From the NCBI RefSeq assembly GCF_022539665.2, contig NC_081332.1:7006001-7070000 (forward strand): a stretch of DNA of 64,000 nucleotides, read 5' to 3'. Numbering within the stretch: the stretch's first letter is position 1; each line of letters opens with the position of its first letter. The notes beneath the pieces were generated by a model. The model did no database searches. It had not been told where the DNA came from and saw only the letters and a list, made by a program, of their open reading frames with translations. The DNA is from Daphnia carinata. Its lineage: Eukaryota. Of the stretch, positions 49,070 to 62,500 are shown one piece after another. Position numbers and translations under genes: made by a program.

Positions 49070-52000
49070 ATGGCTTCCACAAATTTTTCTGCGAAAGATA
49101 TTTCTCATATAACTAAGTTCGACGGGAAGAACTTCAGCTTCTGGAAATCAAGACTCAGTCTAGTTCTTGAAAGCTATGAGCTACTTGATGTTGTGGATGG
49201 ATCAGATCTTGAACCTACAGCTATCGCAGTCCTGGCTGACAACTCAAATGCAGCAAGTGCTGCAGCCCGAACCACAAGCATCAAGCAATGGAAGAAACGT
49301 GATGTTACAGCTCGTAACCTTATCCTGTCTTCTCTTGATGACAACTGTCAACTTACCGTGATATGCTGCCAAACTGCAAACAAGATGTGGGAACGTTTAA
49401 AATCCCAATATGAACTTACCTCAAGAGAGAACAGTCACTTGTTACTGGAGAGTTTCATGAGCTACAAGTATGAAGCAGGACACAACATGATGAGTCACAT
49501 CTCTACTATTGAATCACTGGCAAGAAAGTTAAATGACATTGGATCACCAATCTCAGAAGGACTTGTCATTACGAACATCCTCATGTCCCTACCAACAAGC
49601 TACAGGTCATTCTTGACCGCATGGAACAACATCTGTGATGAAGATAAGAAAACTCTTAGAATTCTCGAAGTTCGTCTTCTTGCTGAAGAAAACATGAACA
49701 AGATGGCTGACCTGAATATTAAGGAGCAAGATGACGCAGCACTCTGGGCAGCTCACAACAAAGCCAAATGGCAATCTTCCTCTGAAGCAAAAGGACAGCA
49801 ATCCAACTCAAAGACTGAATCGGGAATTGACAAGAGGCCTCAATGTGACTTCTGCAAAAGGGGGAAATACAGGTCAAATCACCGGGAAGAAAACTGCTGG
49901 AGAAAAGAGATGTATGAAAAAGGGAAACGCGATGCAGCAGGAGAAACAGCTCTCGCCGCCAATTCTGTTCGTGCCAAAGAGACTACTCCTAATGTGAATG
50001 ATGCCAAGCAAGTAAAGATATCTGACGTCGATTATGCTTTTTACTCAACCATTTTTGATCGGAACAACAAGCACTGGTATGCTGATTCCGGCGCCACTCA
50101 GCATATGACGGATCAGAGATCAGCCTTTGTAACGTTTGAACCAATTCAACCTGGAACACGTGCCATCAGAGGCATTGGGAAGGATAACTTACCAGTGTTC
50201 GCGCTTGGTGTTGGAGATATAAAAATCAGAACAAGAGTCGGCGGTGTCTGGAATGAAGGCGTTATCCAAGCTGTACTGTTTGCCCCAAATCTAGGAGGAA
50301 GTCTATTCTCTCTTACAGCTGCCACTGAACGTGGGATTAAAGCAATTTTCGAAAACGAGCACGTAGTCTTCATAAAAAATCAGAAGATTGTTGCAACTGC
50401 ATCCCGCGTTAGTCAGAGGCTGTACCTCATGGACATGGAGACGGTTACACAAAAACTCGAAGACAGTGCCCTTCTTGCACGAGAAGCCTCGCTTCAAGTA
50501 TGGCATGAACGCCTGGGACATGTCAATCACAAGACGATCAAGAAAATGTTTGAATTGGAAATGGCAGACGGCCTACTCATCGACAAGAGTTCTAATGTTC
50601 CATCACCATGTGAGGGTTGCATAATGGGAAAACAGCATCGACTGCCCTTCCCTACAGAAGGAAGAAACCGAGCCTCTAGGATTGGAGAACTGGTTCACAG
50701 TGACGTATGCGGGCCAATGAAGACGGCATCACTTGCTGGCGCCTTCTACTTTGTCACTTTCCGCGACGACTTCACTGGATATGGTGTGGTCAACTTCATG
50801 AAAAAGAAATCAGAAACATTCTGTCATCTGAAGAACTATGCAGCCAAATTAGAAAACGAGACGGGACATTCCATTACCACGCTTCGATCGGATAATGGCG
50901 GCGAGTATCTAAGTAATGAATCTAAAGCATGGTTGAAAACAAAAGGTATTCGCCATGAGAGCAGCGCTCCAAAGACTCCCGAGCAAAACGGAGTAGCTGA
51001 ACGGTACAACCGTACTATCCTTGAATCATTCAGAAGTATGCTCCACTCGTCTAAACTTGGACTTCAGTTTTGGGCCGAAGCAACAGCGTGCGCCGTATAC
51101 CTTCTCAACCGAGTTCTGTGTTCTGCAATGGAATCCAAGACTCCATACGAGGGATGGCATGGAAGAAAATCGAATCTCTCTCATCTCCAAATATTTGGAA
51201 GTGTAGCCTACATGCACGTCCCGAAGGATGAGCGCACTAAACTCGACTCTAAAAGTCTAAAATGTGTATTCGTGGGCTATTGTGAAACTCAGAAGGCTTT
51301 CCGTCTCTTTGATCCATCAACAAAGAAAGTTAAGATTTCTAGAGACGTTATCTTTGGTGAAGAGCCTGATCAAGATCAGGCCGGTGGAATTATGCCACTT
51401 ATCTCTGACCTGCTGTCAGACACTGATTGGGAAAACGGAGAGGGCGGGGGTGCAATAGCACCCACTGGACGTGCCGCCGAGCCCGTTCCTGATGTAAGTG
51501 AATCGGCAGCAGACGGTGATCGGCAGTCTGAAACTATTGACGATCAATTCCATCGTCGTGATGACGAAGAACCTTTTTATGGTTTCGAATCACCGGCCAG
51601 AACTCAACCTCAGTGTCAAGGTATGGAACAAATCAATCAGTTCCCACCTCCAATCAGATCTCCAAGGATTCGTAAACCGGTGAGGCGTCTAATTGAAGAC
51701 CAAAATTTCCTGAGTGTCTATGATGGTGCCCTTCTTAGTCTTGAGTTAGACGAGCCCAAGTCATTCAAAGAGGCCATTTCGTCTCCACAGTCAGAAGAAT
51801 GGAAAGCTGCAATGCAGGAAGAAATTGACTCCCTTAATATTCATGGAACATGGCGTTTGGAAGAACTTCCACCAGGTCGGCGCACAGTGAAGAACAAATG
51901 GCTCTTCAAAATCAAGCACGATGCTGACGGAAAGGCAACTCGTTTTAAAGCTCGCTTAGTTGCAAAAGGATTCTCTCAGAGAGCGGGGGTTGACTATGAT

Positions 52001-53317
52001 CAAACTTATTTCCCTGTTGTTCGACATGAATCGGTGCAAACAGTACTGGCAGTAGCAGCAGCGCGTAACCTCGAAATAATGCAGCTGGATGTAAAAACTG
52101 CGTTTTTGCGCGGTGATCTCATTGAAGAAATTTATATGGACCAGCCTCAAGAATTCCGTTCACCAATTCACCCGACTAAAGTCTGCAGGCTACAGAAGAG
52201 CCTTTAAGGATTGAAGCAGGCGTCGCGTTCATGGAATGAAAAGTTCGACAGTTTTCTGGTTTTGTTTGGATTTAATCGTAGCGATGCAGACTCTTGTGTT
52301 TATTTTCGCGAAGATCGAGATGAAGTCCTTATCCTGGCTATCTGGGTAGATGACGGCCTGCTCTGTGGAACCCGTAAAGAGGGCCTTGCAAAAGTCATTA
52401 ACTATCTGCGTGATCAACTGGAAATAACCTCTGATGCTGCGAACTTCTTTATTGGTATTAAAATTGCAAGAGACCGTTCGACTCTAACCATCACTCTATC
52501 CCAAGAGCAGTACATTCGACGGATGCTGGATCGATTCGGGCTAATGAACTGTAATTCAAAAATTGTTCCTGCTGATCCGTTCACAGATCTCTCGGCTGCA
52601 ACCTTTGGAGAAGGGGAAAATATACAAGAATTCGACCAGTCAACTTACCAAGAAGCAGTGGGGACTTTAATGTATCTTATGGTCTGCACTCGCCCAGATA
52701 TTGCCTACGCCGTTGGCAAAGTAGCGCAACATTGCTGCAAGCCATTGACCGCACATTGGACTGCTGTCAGAAGAATCATGATGTATTTGAAGGGCACTGC
52801 AAGCTATGGAATCTCTTACCATGCCACTGGATCACCTGATCTGTTGCTGTCATACTCAGACTCTGACTACGCTGGAGACGTACAATCGCGCCGTTCAACC
52901 ACTGGCTATCTTTTATTGTTCCATGGAGGTCCAATAACATGGGCTAGTCGTCGACAATCCTGCGTGTCGCTCTCAACCACTGAGGCGGAGTACGTCGCGA
53001 TGTGTGAGGCCACTAAAGAAGTCACCTGGATGCGGAGACTCCTCCACAGTATTGGTGTTTCTCAAATCAAGCCAACAACACTACTATGTGATAACCAAGG
53101 AGCCATCAAGCTGGTGTCGAACGCAGAATTTCATCGCAGAACCAAACACATTGATGTCAAGTTCCACTACATTCGAGAGCAGTACCAGAGAGAAATCGTT
53201 GCAGTCAACTACGTGGGAACGAAGGACCAACTGGCCGACATCCTAACTAAGGCGCTGGGCGGACCGGTTTTTCAAGACATGCGGAAGAGGATTGGTGTGA
53301 TTGATATTTCGGTTTGA
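49070..53317 (+). pseudogene. Copia gag-pol polyprotein with one in-frame stop (52205-52207)
   Basis: Gag (KFDGKNFSFWK), protease (DSGATQHM), GAG-pre-integrase (WHERLGH), integrase (HSDVCGP, RSDNGGEY, NGVAER), RT (KARLVAKG, KSL*GLKQ, WVDD) and RNase H (YSDSD, TEAEY, KHIDV); both ORFs are in the same frame. Confidence 0.97.
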
Positions 53318-53324
53318 GTGGGGA

Positions 53325-53550
53325 TGTTGAAATATATGATATATATTCCTTCAAACCTATTATAACCCATCTGGCGATGCTGTATTCGTATCCCCTTCTT
53401 TCTTTGCTCTGCTCTCCCCTTATAATTCAGACGAACTGTATGTGTGTCTAACTACTTGTCTTGTCGACCGCATGTGCGGAGTAAAAATCTCAAATAAAGA
53501 AGTACCAACGAAGTGTCAGCAGTTAAGTAATTTGTCAATTAAACTCAACA
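53325..53550 (+). repeat. Copia 3' LTR
   Basis: Direct repeat of 48742-48965. Confidence 0.97.
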
Positions 53551-56500
53551 TATAGGGCATACGAATTCCATTATGGAAGTTCAACCAGGGTGTGATGAGT
53601 TGAACGGTAAATACATTTGTTAATGACAACAGAAACTTTTCGAGGGAAAAATATTAAGGCCAAAATAGCTATTTATCAATGCTACAGTAAATGCATATCA
53701 GACTGTACCTTGCACCACTAATTTAGTTATAATTAGAATTGCTTAACCAACATTGCCAATTCCCGCCTATTAGATTATCAGGGTATTTCCGCTGTTCCAT
53801 AAAAAAAGAAGATTTTGAGACGCTTCACGTTTGCGACTGGTAAAAGAAGCAAATCTATTTGCATAGCATTTTTTGCTGGTTTATATAAATTTTGTAAGTT
53901 ACGCGCTAACAATGACATTAGCTAGATTGCATCTCAATTTGGTTGTCAAATGGCCGAGCATCATTTGAATCCCCAATTGCCAGCAGCCTTGAAACGGTAG
54001 AGAGGAAAAGGAATTTGCTAGCCGCAACGTGTTATACGCCATGTTTTTTAACCAATCACAATTTGCTTTTCGCCTAGAATTTAGAAAATTGAAGATTATG
54101 CAAGTTAAATTAAGAAAGATATTTTGAAATCGTAGTGTTTTCTGCTTTAATGTTATTTCTTTTTAAAGGGTTACTTTTCCATATACCTAGCAGTTGGTTG
54201 TATGACTTTGTCTGTAAACATGCTACAATGAAAAGTTTAACGTCCATGTTGGAAAAAGTTTTCAGTTTTTTAAATAGGACTTCATTTATTGAGAACAATA
54301 ATGGGCTGCAAACGTCACAAAGCAGACTAATTTCGTTTTCAATTTTGTATGCTATATATTTTTTTAAACATCATTCCGCGCATTTTTCTTACTGGATCGT
54401 TATAATATTTCCCTCAACCGCCTGGTATAATTTTCATCCCTATAGTCATGCACATTTGTTGGCTTGATAAATAGCCCAAAAAATTAGCTAGAGCATGTCC
54501 TTTTTTACGTATACGGTGTAGATTTTGTACGGTATCACATGGAGATCTCGATGAACGTTCACATTTCCAAAGCAACAAACTGAATTTCTTAACCTGTAGA
54601 ATCCCGTGCGTATACTGTACGCATTTCTTCTAACACAAATTCGTTTTTAACAGTATCATTCAAAATAAATCGATTTTGAAAATCCCTTTCTTTCTTTCAT
54701 TTTTTTTCCACCCCTCTCTTAGTAAACTGAACGCCCAATGAGCCTTTGAATATGAAGAAGTTCGCCCCCAAAGTTTGGCACAATGGCCAAGCATTCGATA
54801 AGTTTTACGTCATGGATGAATGGCTTGTATAAAAGCAGCTTAATCCGAAAAACGTCTGAAACCCAGAGGAGAGTAAAACTTGAGGGACAAGTTTAGAGGG
54901 GGATGGTTTTCAAGAAGGAAACCGTCAAGAAAATATAGAAGACATGGAGAGAAGAAGAAATCGGGTGCGTCAGTACGATAGTGTTCACTATGGAGAAGCA
55001 GTATGTGTTTAGAAGAATGAATAGACCAGGTGTTGCCCTTCCCTTTATTCAGTCTCAGTTCTTTTGTTGCTGCTGCAGGGCGCCTCCGGTAGTCACATAT
55101 CAATAAAAATCCAAGCTATGATGTGAAGCTACATTTCTTCAGTTTGATGGTCGTAGCAATAACAAGAAGACATTGCAGATGGTAAACATTGTTCTAGTGG
55201 CTTACATCATTAAAACGCAAGTAGCTGATGTGAAGCAACATTTCAAGAGAAAAAAAAATCTTTGTTACGATAATTACGTAAGCATAACTGCATTTGGTAG
55301 CAGTAACTTATCATGAAATCAGCTAACATTTCTTTTTTTTTTTCTCGTTGAAATCTTATGGGTCACGGCTGAAAAAGTCGACAACCTAGCTAGCACTGAT
55401 TTCAGGACAAAAATGGTATAGTTAATAGAGTTTTTCTGGTCGTCTCGGCTCATCTTTTGCAAATTAACATTACCACGTGATATGTATAGCCTATGGCAAG
55501 TATCATTCTCCCTAACTTAGCTGCTAGAAATGGCAAGAAAGCTTATAAGTAGCGCTTGTGCTAACCTTGGGCATAACTCATTCCTTTGCGTGGAATTCAC
55601 GATGCTTGGTGTATTATTATTATTATTAAAAGTAATACCGTTTTCACGAATTTTTTAAAAACATTTAATACCTTACATTCAAACGTACATTACACAAATA
55701 AATCAGTTATTAGGTTTAATGTAATATATTACATTAAACAACGCGTTAACCGACTTTAGCAGGGCGTTTGGCTTCAGGAATCGATCCGCTTAGGTCACAC
55801 ACATTGGTGCTATCTAAACTAGAAAATGTCTTGACAGTAGGACAGTCATCCCGTTTGTTTGTATTTTTTGTCCACTTTGGCCACAACCTGTCAACCCCAT
55901 TTTTCGCCTTTGCCTGTCAGGGACACACTATGATCGATGGCGGCCTCTTCATCGCTCGACTCAGGTCTTATCTACGCGCCACAACTCATTTTTCTTCGAC
56001 TTCAAGCAACCTATTATATCATCCTTTGCCTTGCAGTAAGGTTTTCAGGCGAAGGGAATACAGCCAATAGCATATACTTATCTCGCGGCATGTTGCCCAC
56101 TGAAATGCCACAATCATCTTATGCCTCTATTTCGACAGTCTCTTCCCGAAAACTGTATTTCTTTCAGTTTCGAAGGCTGCACATTTTTTTTCAGCTAAAT
56201 ATATATTTTTTTAGTATTCTTATCATGGATTAAGCCTTCAAACTCTCTTCTGCTTCATTTGATAGATTTATACAGCACACATATTTCGATAAAGAAACAT
56301 TAAATGTTAAATACGAGCTTCGAAAAACATATTCCCGTTGAAAAAGCAACAACAAAGTACTATTGTCCCTACTTCAAAACTAAATGTAGACTTTTTTTTT
56401 TACCACATCAATGCATCAAGCATACATCTAGTTTTTCTTTCGTTTTAACAACCGCCACCTTAGAGTAGTTTAAACAAGCGTTAATTTGTCCATTGTCTGT

Positions 56501-59500
56501 TACAAAAGGTGTCACCCTGTAAAAGTAAAATGAAGGCAATCGTCTTAAACTTTCAGGAAGAAGGAAACGTGCAAAATAGAGGAAAAGAGAAACAGCGATG
56601 AAATCATGCTGCCATAACGATAGAAATAAACTCCTTGATGCTTATAAACTGGACAATGGAGGCAAAGATGTGTACGGAGTCCAATGCGCGAAGTTTTGGA
56701 CCCTGGTGTTATCGGCAGCTGGTGACACACAGGATAACAAAGGACTTGGATTGGCGAGTGCAGCATAGATGCCTGGTGGCGTAGTTCAAAATCGTCGGAA
56801 CTAGGAAGTTCTTTTGTCGTCACGCGCCAGCCTGCCTTTTTTTTTTTTTCCTCTCTCTCTCTCTTTCTTCTTCTTGTACGATTTCCGCTTCAGTAAAGAA
56901 CATCTTTGGGACGAAAAAAGCTCCGCCCTTTTCTTCCCTGACGCCAGCAGCGAGCAGATATCCAAGCCAAAGAAACGGAGGGCGGGGACGCGACAGAGAG
57001 GTCTTTGGAAGAGGTGGAGATGTAGGAAGTCAGCTTCGTCTACTAAGAAACGATATCAAAGCCAACCGACGAGGCGAAGTAGAAGCGTTTGAAATCGACA
57101 GTTTCCCGTTGTCGACTAGTCGGTCGACTTCTCCGGCATTTCGTTGCATTGCTGTTGTTGACATAACAGTATGCAGTGAATGTTATCGGATCGTGACAGA
57201 GTTTTAGCTAACTTCACTTTCAGCAGGTTTGTTTTTTGTTTTGTCTTTTAACCTTCTTTAGCACTTTCTCTTATTGGTCATTTTCAATTGGGGTTTTAAG
57301 AGTTTCCCCTGGTATTATCTTGTTGCACGGATACTATATCATTTAGTAAAATTGAAAAAGAAAATACTTTGCGGTCAGTTGAATGCTGATATTCTTTATT
57401 TCAACCTTTCCTGCACAAGAGTTTTGAAATTTCTACGTAACATCCCACATGTAGACTCGCGGTTCTCCACGTGTGCTAAATACTGTTCGTTTTCCGTCAT
57501 CGTGAAGTTGAGTCTATTGATTCACACACTTCCATATGGAAAAAATCCTGCTCCTTTTCTTTTTTTTTACCGCCAGTCGTCGGCTGTTAATACATGAAGC
57601 ATATAAAGGGTCTCTAGAGAGGGCAGAATAACCAAGTTTGTGGACGTCTTTGGCTTTCGGTCGGCAATAATCGATGAAAAGTGTTCATACGGAAGATACT
57701 AGCTATTTTTCTATCCACGCGGTAATGTACTATTCGTTTGTTTCATTTTGTTCAATATCGTTTTCCATGGTGACTAGGCAAATTAAGTTTTCTAAATGGT
57801 GTTTTTATTCTTCCCTTTAGGCTTTTTTTCGTGCCTTGCCTTTTGCTCACTCTCCCCATCTCCTTTTAAGCTAACTCCTTTTAAACTAATTAACATTGAT
57901 TTCACCTAAAACACTTGTTTATGTCACTAGGAATTCGACAAAGTAGTGCTATGACATTGCTTGCTGTAGCGCGATTCGAATAATTTTTTCCATCTAGTGC
58001 ACTCACAATTTCGCCTTACCAGCAGCAAATAACAGAAATAGTTATTCAGTGTGTTGAATGAAGATAAACGATATTACCGAAGTGTTGTTGGATTGAACGG
58101 GGAAAGGTAGTTAAGTTTTCATACAACATTCAGGAGCATTATGGCGATCTCGAATCCCCTTACACATTGCCTTCTATGCTAATATTTATGAACTACTTCG
58201 AATACGCCAAAAACTACGGGTTGTGCGCAACAACGTGGCCTTCGCTAATCACTATCTGACCCGATACGTATTAAAAGTGACGTGCATTTACCGATTTTCA
58301 TTCAAGCGAACCGATTTTACTACTTGATAAAGAGTCGTGCGTCGGTAGACCGACCTGTCAGTGATGGACATTGGTTCCAACTTGGGCAGGGAGGTCGAGC
58401 GAATCTTTTCCCTTTTTACCGATTAAAAAAGACGCCAAGGGTGATGTATGTGCGTCCATATGGCATTGCAGTAGAACCTTATACTCACAAAAACGACGGT
58501 GGGAAGCGACAAAGCTTTTCTAGCTGTTTCAGACTCTGTTGATGGATGGGGGTTTTAAGCGCCTAGTGTACTGAGGCGGAAGTAATCTGTATTGAACAGA
58601 AATGCAGTACTAATTCTATTATTGTGACCAATGTCAAGGGTTCAGATAGAAGAAAATTTTATCTAAGTCGTGAAAAACAGGCGCCAACGTAAATATATTG
58701 TGTTTTACTTACCGTTTCAGTTTTTTTTTTCTATTTTTGAACTAAGCTTGCTTATGTTATTTCCCGGATTTTTAGCGACATCAGAGGGTCTTTTGCACCC
58801 AAAATATTCACACTCGACATTTGGTGTCAGCTCGCGGCCAATAAAATCTTTTTGGACTTTGGATACAATTCTAAGACGTCGTAGCCAATTACCGGCAGTT
58901 GAACAACATTTTTCATATTTCGACGATGAATTTCTAGACTCCTACGATTCCACTAACTCCACCAAATCCTAAATCAAGTTAAACTTTTACCATAGGTTAT
59001 ATTAATTGATTACGTTGTGCCTGTATTGCAGGATTTTCAAACATACGGTGTCGTTTCCCGTGGAACCCATATGTTTTGTTTAAGTAATTCTCCAAAGAAG
59101 CGGCTAATACTGATCGAACCTGCCAGCAAATCACAAGGTGATAGCAAAAATTAAACAACCGTAGTTGGTTTGGCTTATGATTAATTACGGTGTCCATTTT
59201 CCATCCGGGATTTTTCGATTTCCATTCTCATCCGTTTTTTCTATTCATATTTTTTTCCTTTGTTTACAACAAGAGAGTGGCGATGGATAAAGTAACTATT
59301 TCCACGTTAATAATCGCAAGCAGTCCATAACCTGTCATCGCGAGTTAGACGAAGCTGTGAAAATGTTTTGTTCAGGAGACGCTGCAGGCCCTGATTGTCC
59401 AAACGCAATTCTTGTACAAATATGAAACCAAGAAATGTGTAGGGGCATCGCTGCTTGCACGTACGCAATCTTCGCTTTCAATCTAAATTTTTTCAGTCCG

Positions 59501-62500
59501 AAATGTTCCTAAGAGTAAAATCGGTCGGTTAATCAAAACAGAGTGCATTTATTGCTGACATGCATCTTCAACTGTTCGTTTCCTGAATTGTCTTGCATGT
59601 CTAAACATACAGAAAAGTTGAAAGAATGTATTTTTAAGTTTTTTTATATTACGGCTGGTTATTGGTGGCTTCTTCATTTGGTTATAATGACCCAATTTAA
59701 ATAAGCATAATGTTTTCATGTGTAATTGGTTTGGAATTTCAATTTTGTACGATGAGACACGTAATTCACTATTTTATAGGATCACATGCGTTTGGTTTTT
59801 GGTTTTTTCACGCAATATACCTAGTTTTGATTTGGGAGATAAGCGTCGCTCAAGACAGAAGAAACGAACGCTGTATGGTGTTTAAAAAAAGCAACTGACC
59901 ATACAACTTTGTTTGAATCAGTTTTTTTTCCGTCTTTTACTTCGTTTTCAGGCCTAAATTTTTATGTTCGCTAGAATTACTGATAACAATGCGTGGAAAT
60001 TTCAAAACGGAAACGATTTTCACTATTTTCAAAGCCTTTATGTAGTTTCAAACACAAAGCGCTCAGCTGTATGGTACATTGAAAAGAGAACTAAGAGAAG
60101 CCATTGTCTCCTTTTCCCAACCTTTGCCCAAAAATCTAACGGTCATGAAAATATGTGCCCTTCCACCTACTTCGAATGGCAGCTGTATAACACTGAAAGT
60201 AACAGCGAAGCGATAGCGAGTAGTATAAAATTTCGATATATCTCTCATGTTTATTGGCTGTCAAATATCGGCAAGAATGTTCTATGTTCTCTGCATATTT
60301 TTTGGTTGCTTTTTGTGATAAGTGTTAGAACGGGAGTAAAATTAGAAATGAATTTCAACTTTAACGGCACCAATAGTTGTTCAGCCACGTGCATAATAGT
60401 AGTAGATTTGCAACTGGAGTAGTTAGTCTTTATTCCAGATACATCGGTACAATCACGTGTCAACTAAATTGTCAACAAGCTGATGTTCTTGTGACGTAGC
60501 GACTGGAAAAACTTCTTTGATTGTGATTTTTTTACTAATTAAAATTGTTTTGGTTTTTCGCCGACATACAACTTTTATCATTTTTAACGAGTGGGAAGTT
60601 CGAATAAATTAATCATTTACAACTCCATGCAGACATCTAAAGGTGCACACATGAAAACTTTCGTGTACTGCTGATGCTCTGCAGAGTGCTGAATGAAAAC
60701 AGGGGGAAAATGCTGTGTAGACTTCTATTCTTTTACACGCGGTTCTTCTGTGCTTTGCTTTTCGACCAATCAATCGCGTATTTGCAAAAAATGATCAATT
60801 ATCGAAGTTCCTCTGAAGTTTCTTGAATTAAAATAAATTCCCCAACAAATAAATGGCATGTTCAACGTTGGTAGGAAAGAGTAGCAAAATTTGGCATTCG
60901 TTTTTTTTTGTATTGTCTACCATTTTCTTGTCTTTTATCTTTCAAAATCGATTTTGGCCTCCAAAAAGTGCAAATAAACGTTTCAATATATTGAAGAATT
61001 TTCAAAACTTGTCAGCTATCTCGTCTCACCAGGAATTGCCAAAATATCGACAAGATGTTTTTAAAAATTGTTTTAATGTAAAATAAACATCAAGAAATGG
61101 TAGAAAACAAGATTTGCATTACTAATATTTATAATATTTTTTCTTAAAAAAGACATAACAATTTCAACTCAACAAAAAAATAAGGAAATCAGACAACGGA
61201 AAAAAGGGAAAACGGAAGAACGCAAATTATTTAATTGCAAAAAAACGGATAAAGGGAAAACAAAACAAAGACTATGTATTTGGTATTATAGACTAAGGAA
61301 ATTATTTTCCTCATTCGCCTAGAATAATAAATCACATGTTTTAAAACTATTGCCTGTATGCCTATAGAATTTCCAAAGAATGCGTCAGGCCAAATTGCTT
61401 TTACTTTTATCTTCTTTCATTGAAATATTATTGCTTTTCGCTTGGGCATTTGTAATCATAATCAACCGTCTTCATTTACATATATTGCATCTGGATTTCC
61501 GATGATTGGTTGCTTTTATCCCGCTTCCTCAATAGCGCACGCCTGCAATGAAGCATTGGCGGTTATTAGTATACCCAACAGTAAAATCTTGGCATAGACA
61601 TGTTCACTAAACGGTCGCCAACTTGTAACTGTGTATCCATAATTTTTGTATTTAAACTTTTTTTTATTCATGTCGAATATGATCCGTTCTAACAAGCCCG
61701 CCATAATTTCATTCCTTTTTATCGTCTAAAGAAAACCGGAAGAATTTATCCACCCCTCTTTTCCCCACGGCGGGAATTGGTTCGATGTTCCAAACGGTGC
61801 TTTGGATTCAAAACGGGTAGCCTTTCCCAACGAATTGGATGATACCGTTCCCATGAACTGTGGATGCGCTTAGCATAAGAATGATCTTGAATATCTTCGT
61901 AGCTCACGCGTTTTTTTGTGCAACACTCATGCCTCACATAGCAGTAGGTACGTACAAGAGGGAAGGGAAGAGAACGACCATCCAACCCAACGTAGTTTTG
62001 TAGACTCAACCCAATGAATTTGTTTCCGTTTACTAACCCTAGCATCCTTTGTTTGAGTTGTTTACGACGTACACAGTAATCCAAATGTGTCTCGGACTTT
62101 GTGTAATCAGTTGAGGGTATTGCAATGACAGAACCAAAGTTTAATTTGACTATAACTTTTTCTTTCGGTTTTCTTCGGCAATGCCGCATACGTAACGTCA
62201 ACAAAGAATAGAGAAACATCGAACACGGGCTACGATACTGAAAGTTTCCACACGGCACACACCGAATTGATTAATTCGATGTTTGATGTGTAGCACTGAA
62301 GTCATACCATCGCTGGTGCCACGGATCTTCTAAATCCTTAGTAAAATTCATTCGATCCTGGTTGTGTAAAGAAATGAAAACCCACTGCTATCGAATTCAG
62401 TCAGTTAGTCTGAAATGGCGGGGAATCTAGAACCAGAGAAAGAAAGGAATATATATACATATAGGAAGGGAAAGGAAGGGAAAAAAAATATTTCTTCAGC

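Larger units (their letters stand above)
48742..53550 (+). mobile_element. Full-length Ty1/Copia retrotransposon, recent insertion
   Basis: LTRs 48742-48965 and 53325-53550 differ by 2 substitutions and 2 single-base indels; 5-bp TSD TATAG; PBS GGTTATGGGCCCAG; PPT ttgagtggggga. Confidence 0.97.

Noticed and set aside
52205..52207. Programmed stop-codon readthrough in Copia
   Set aside because: The stop replaces the conserved Tyr of KSLYGLKQ inside RT, not a gag/pol boundary; a point mutation is simpler.
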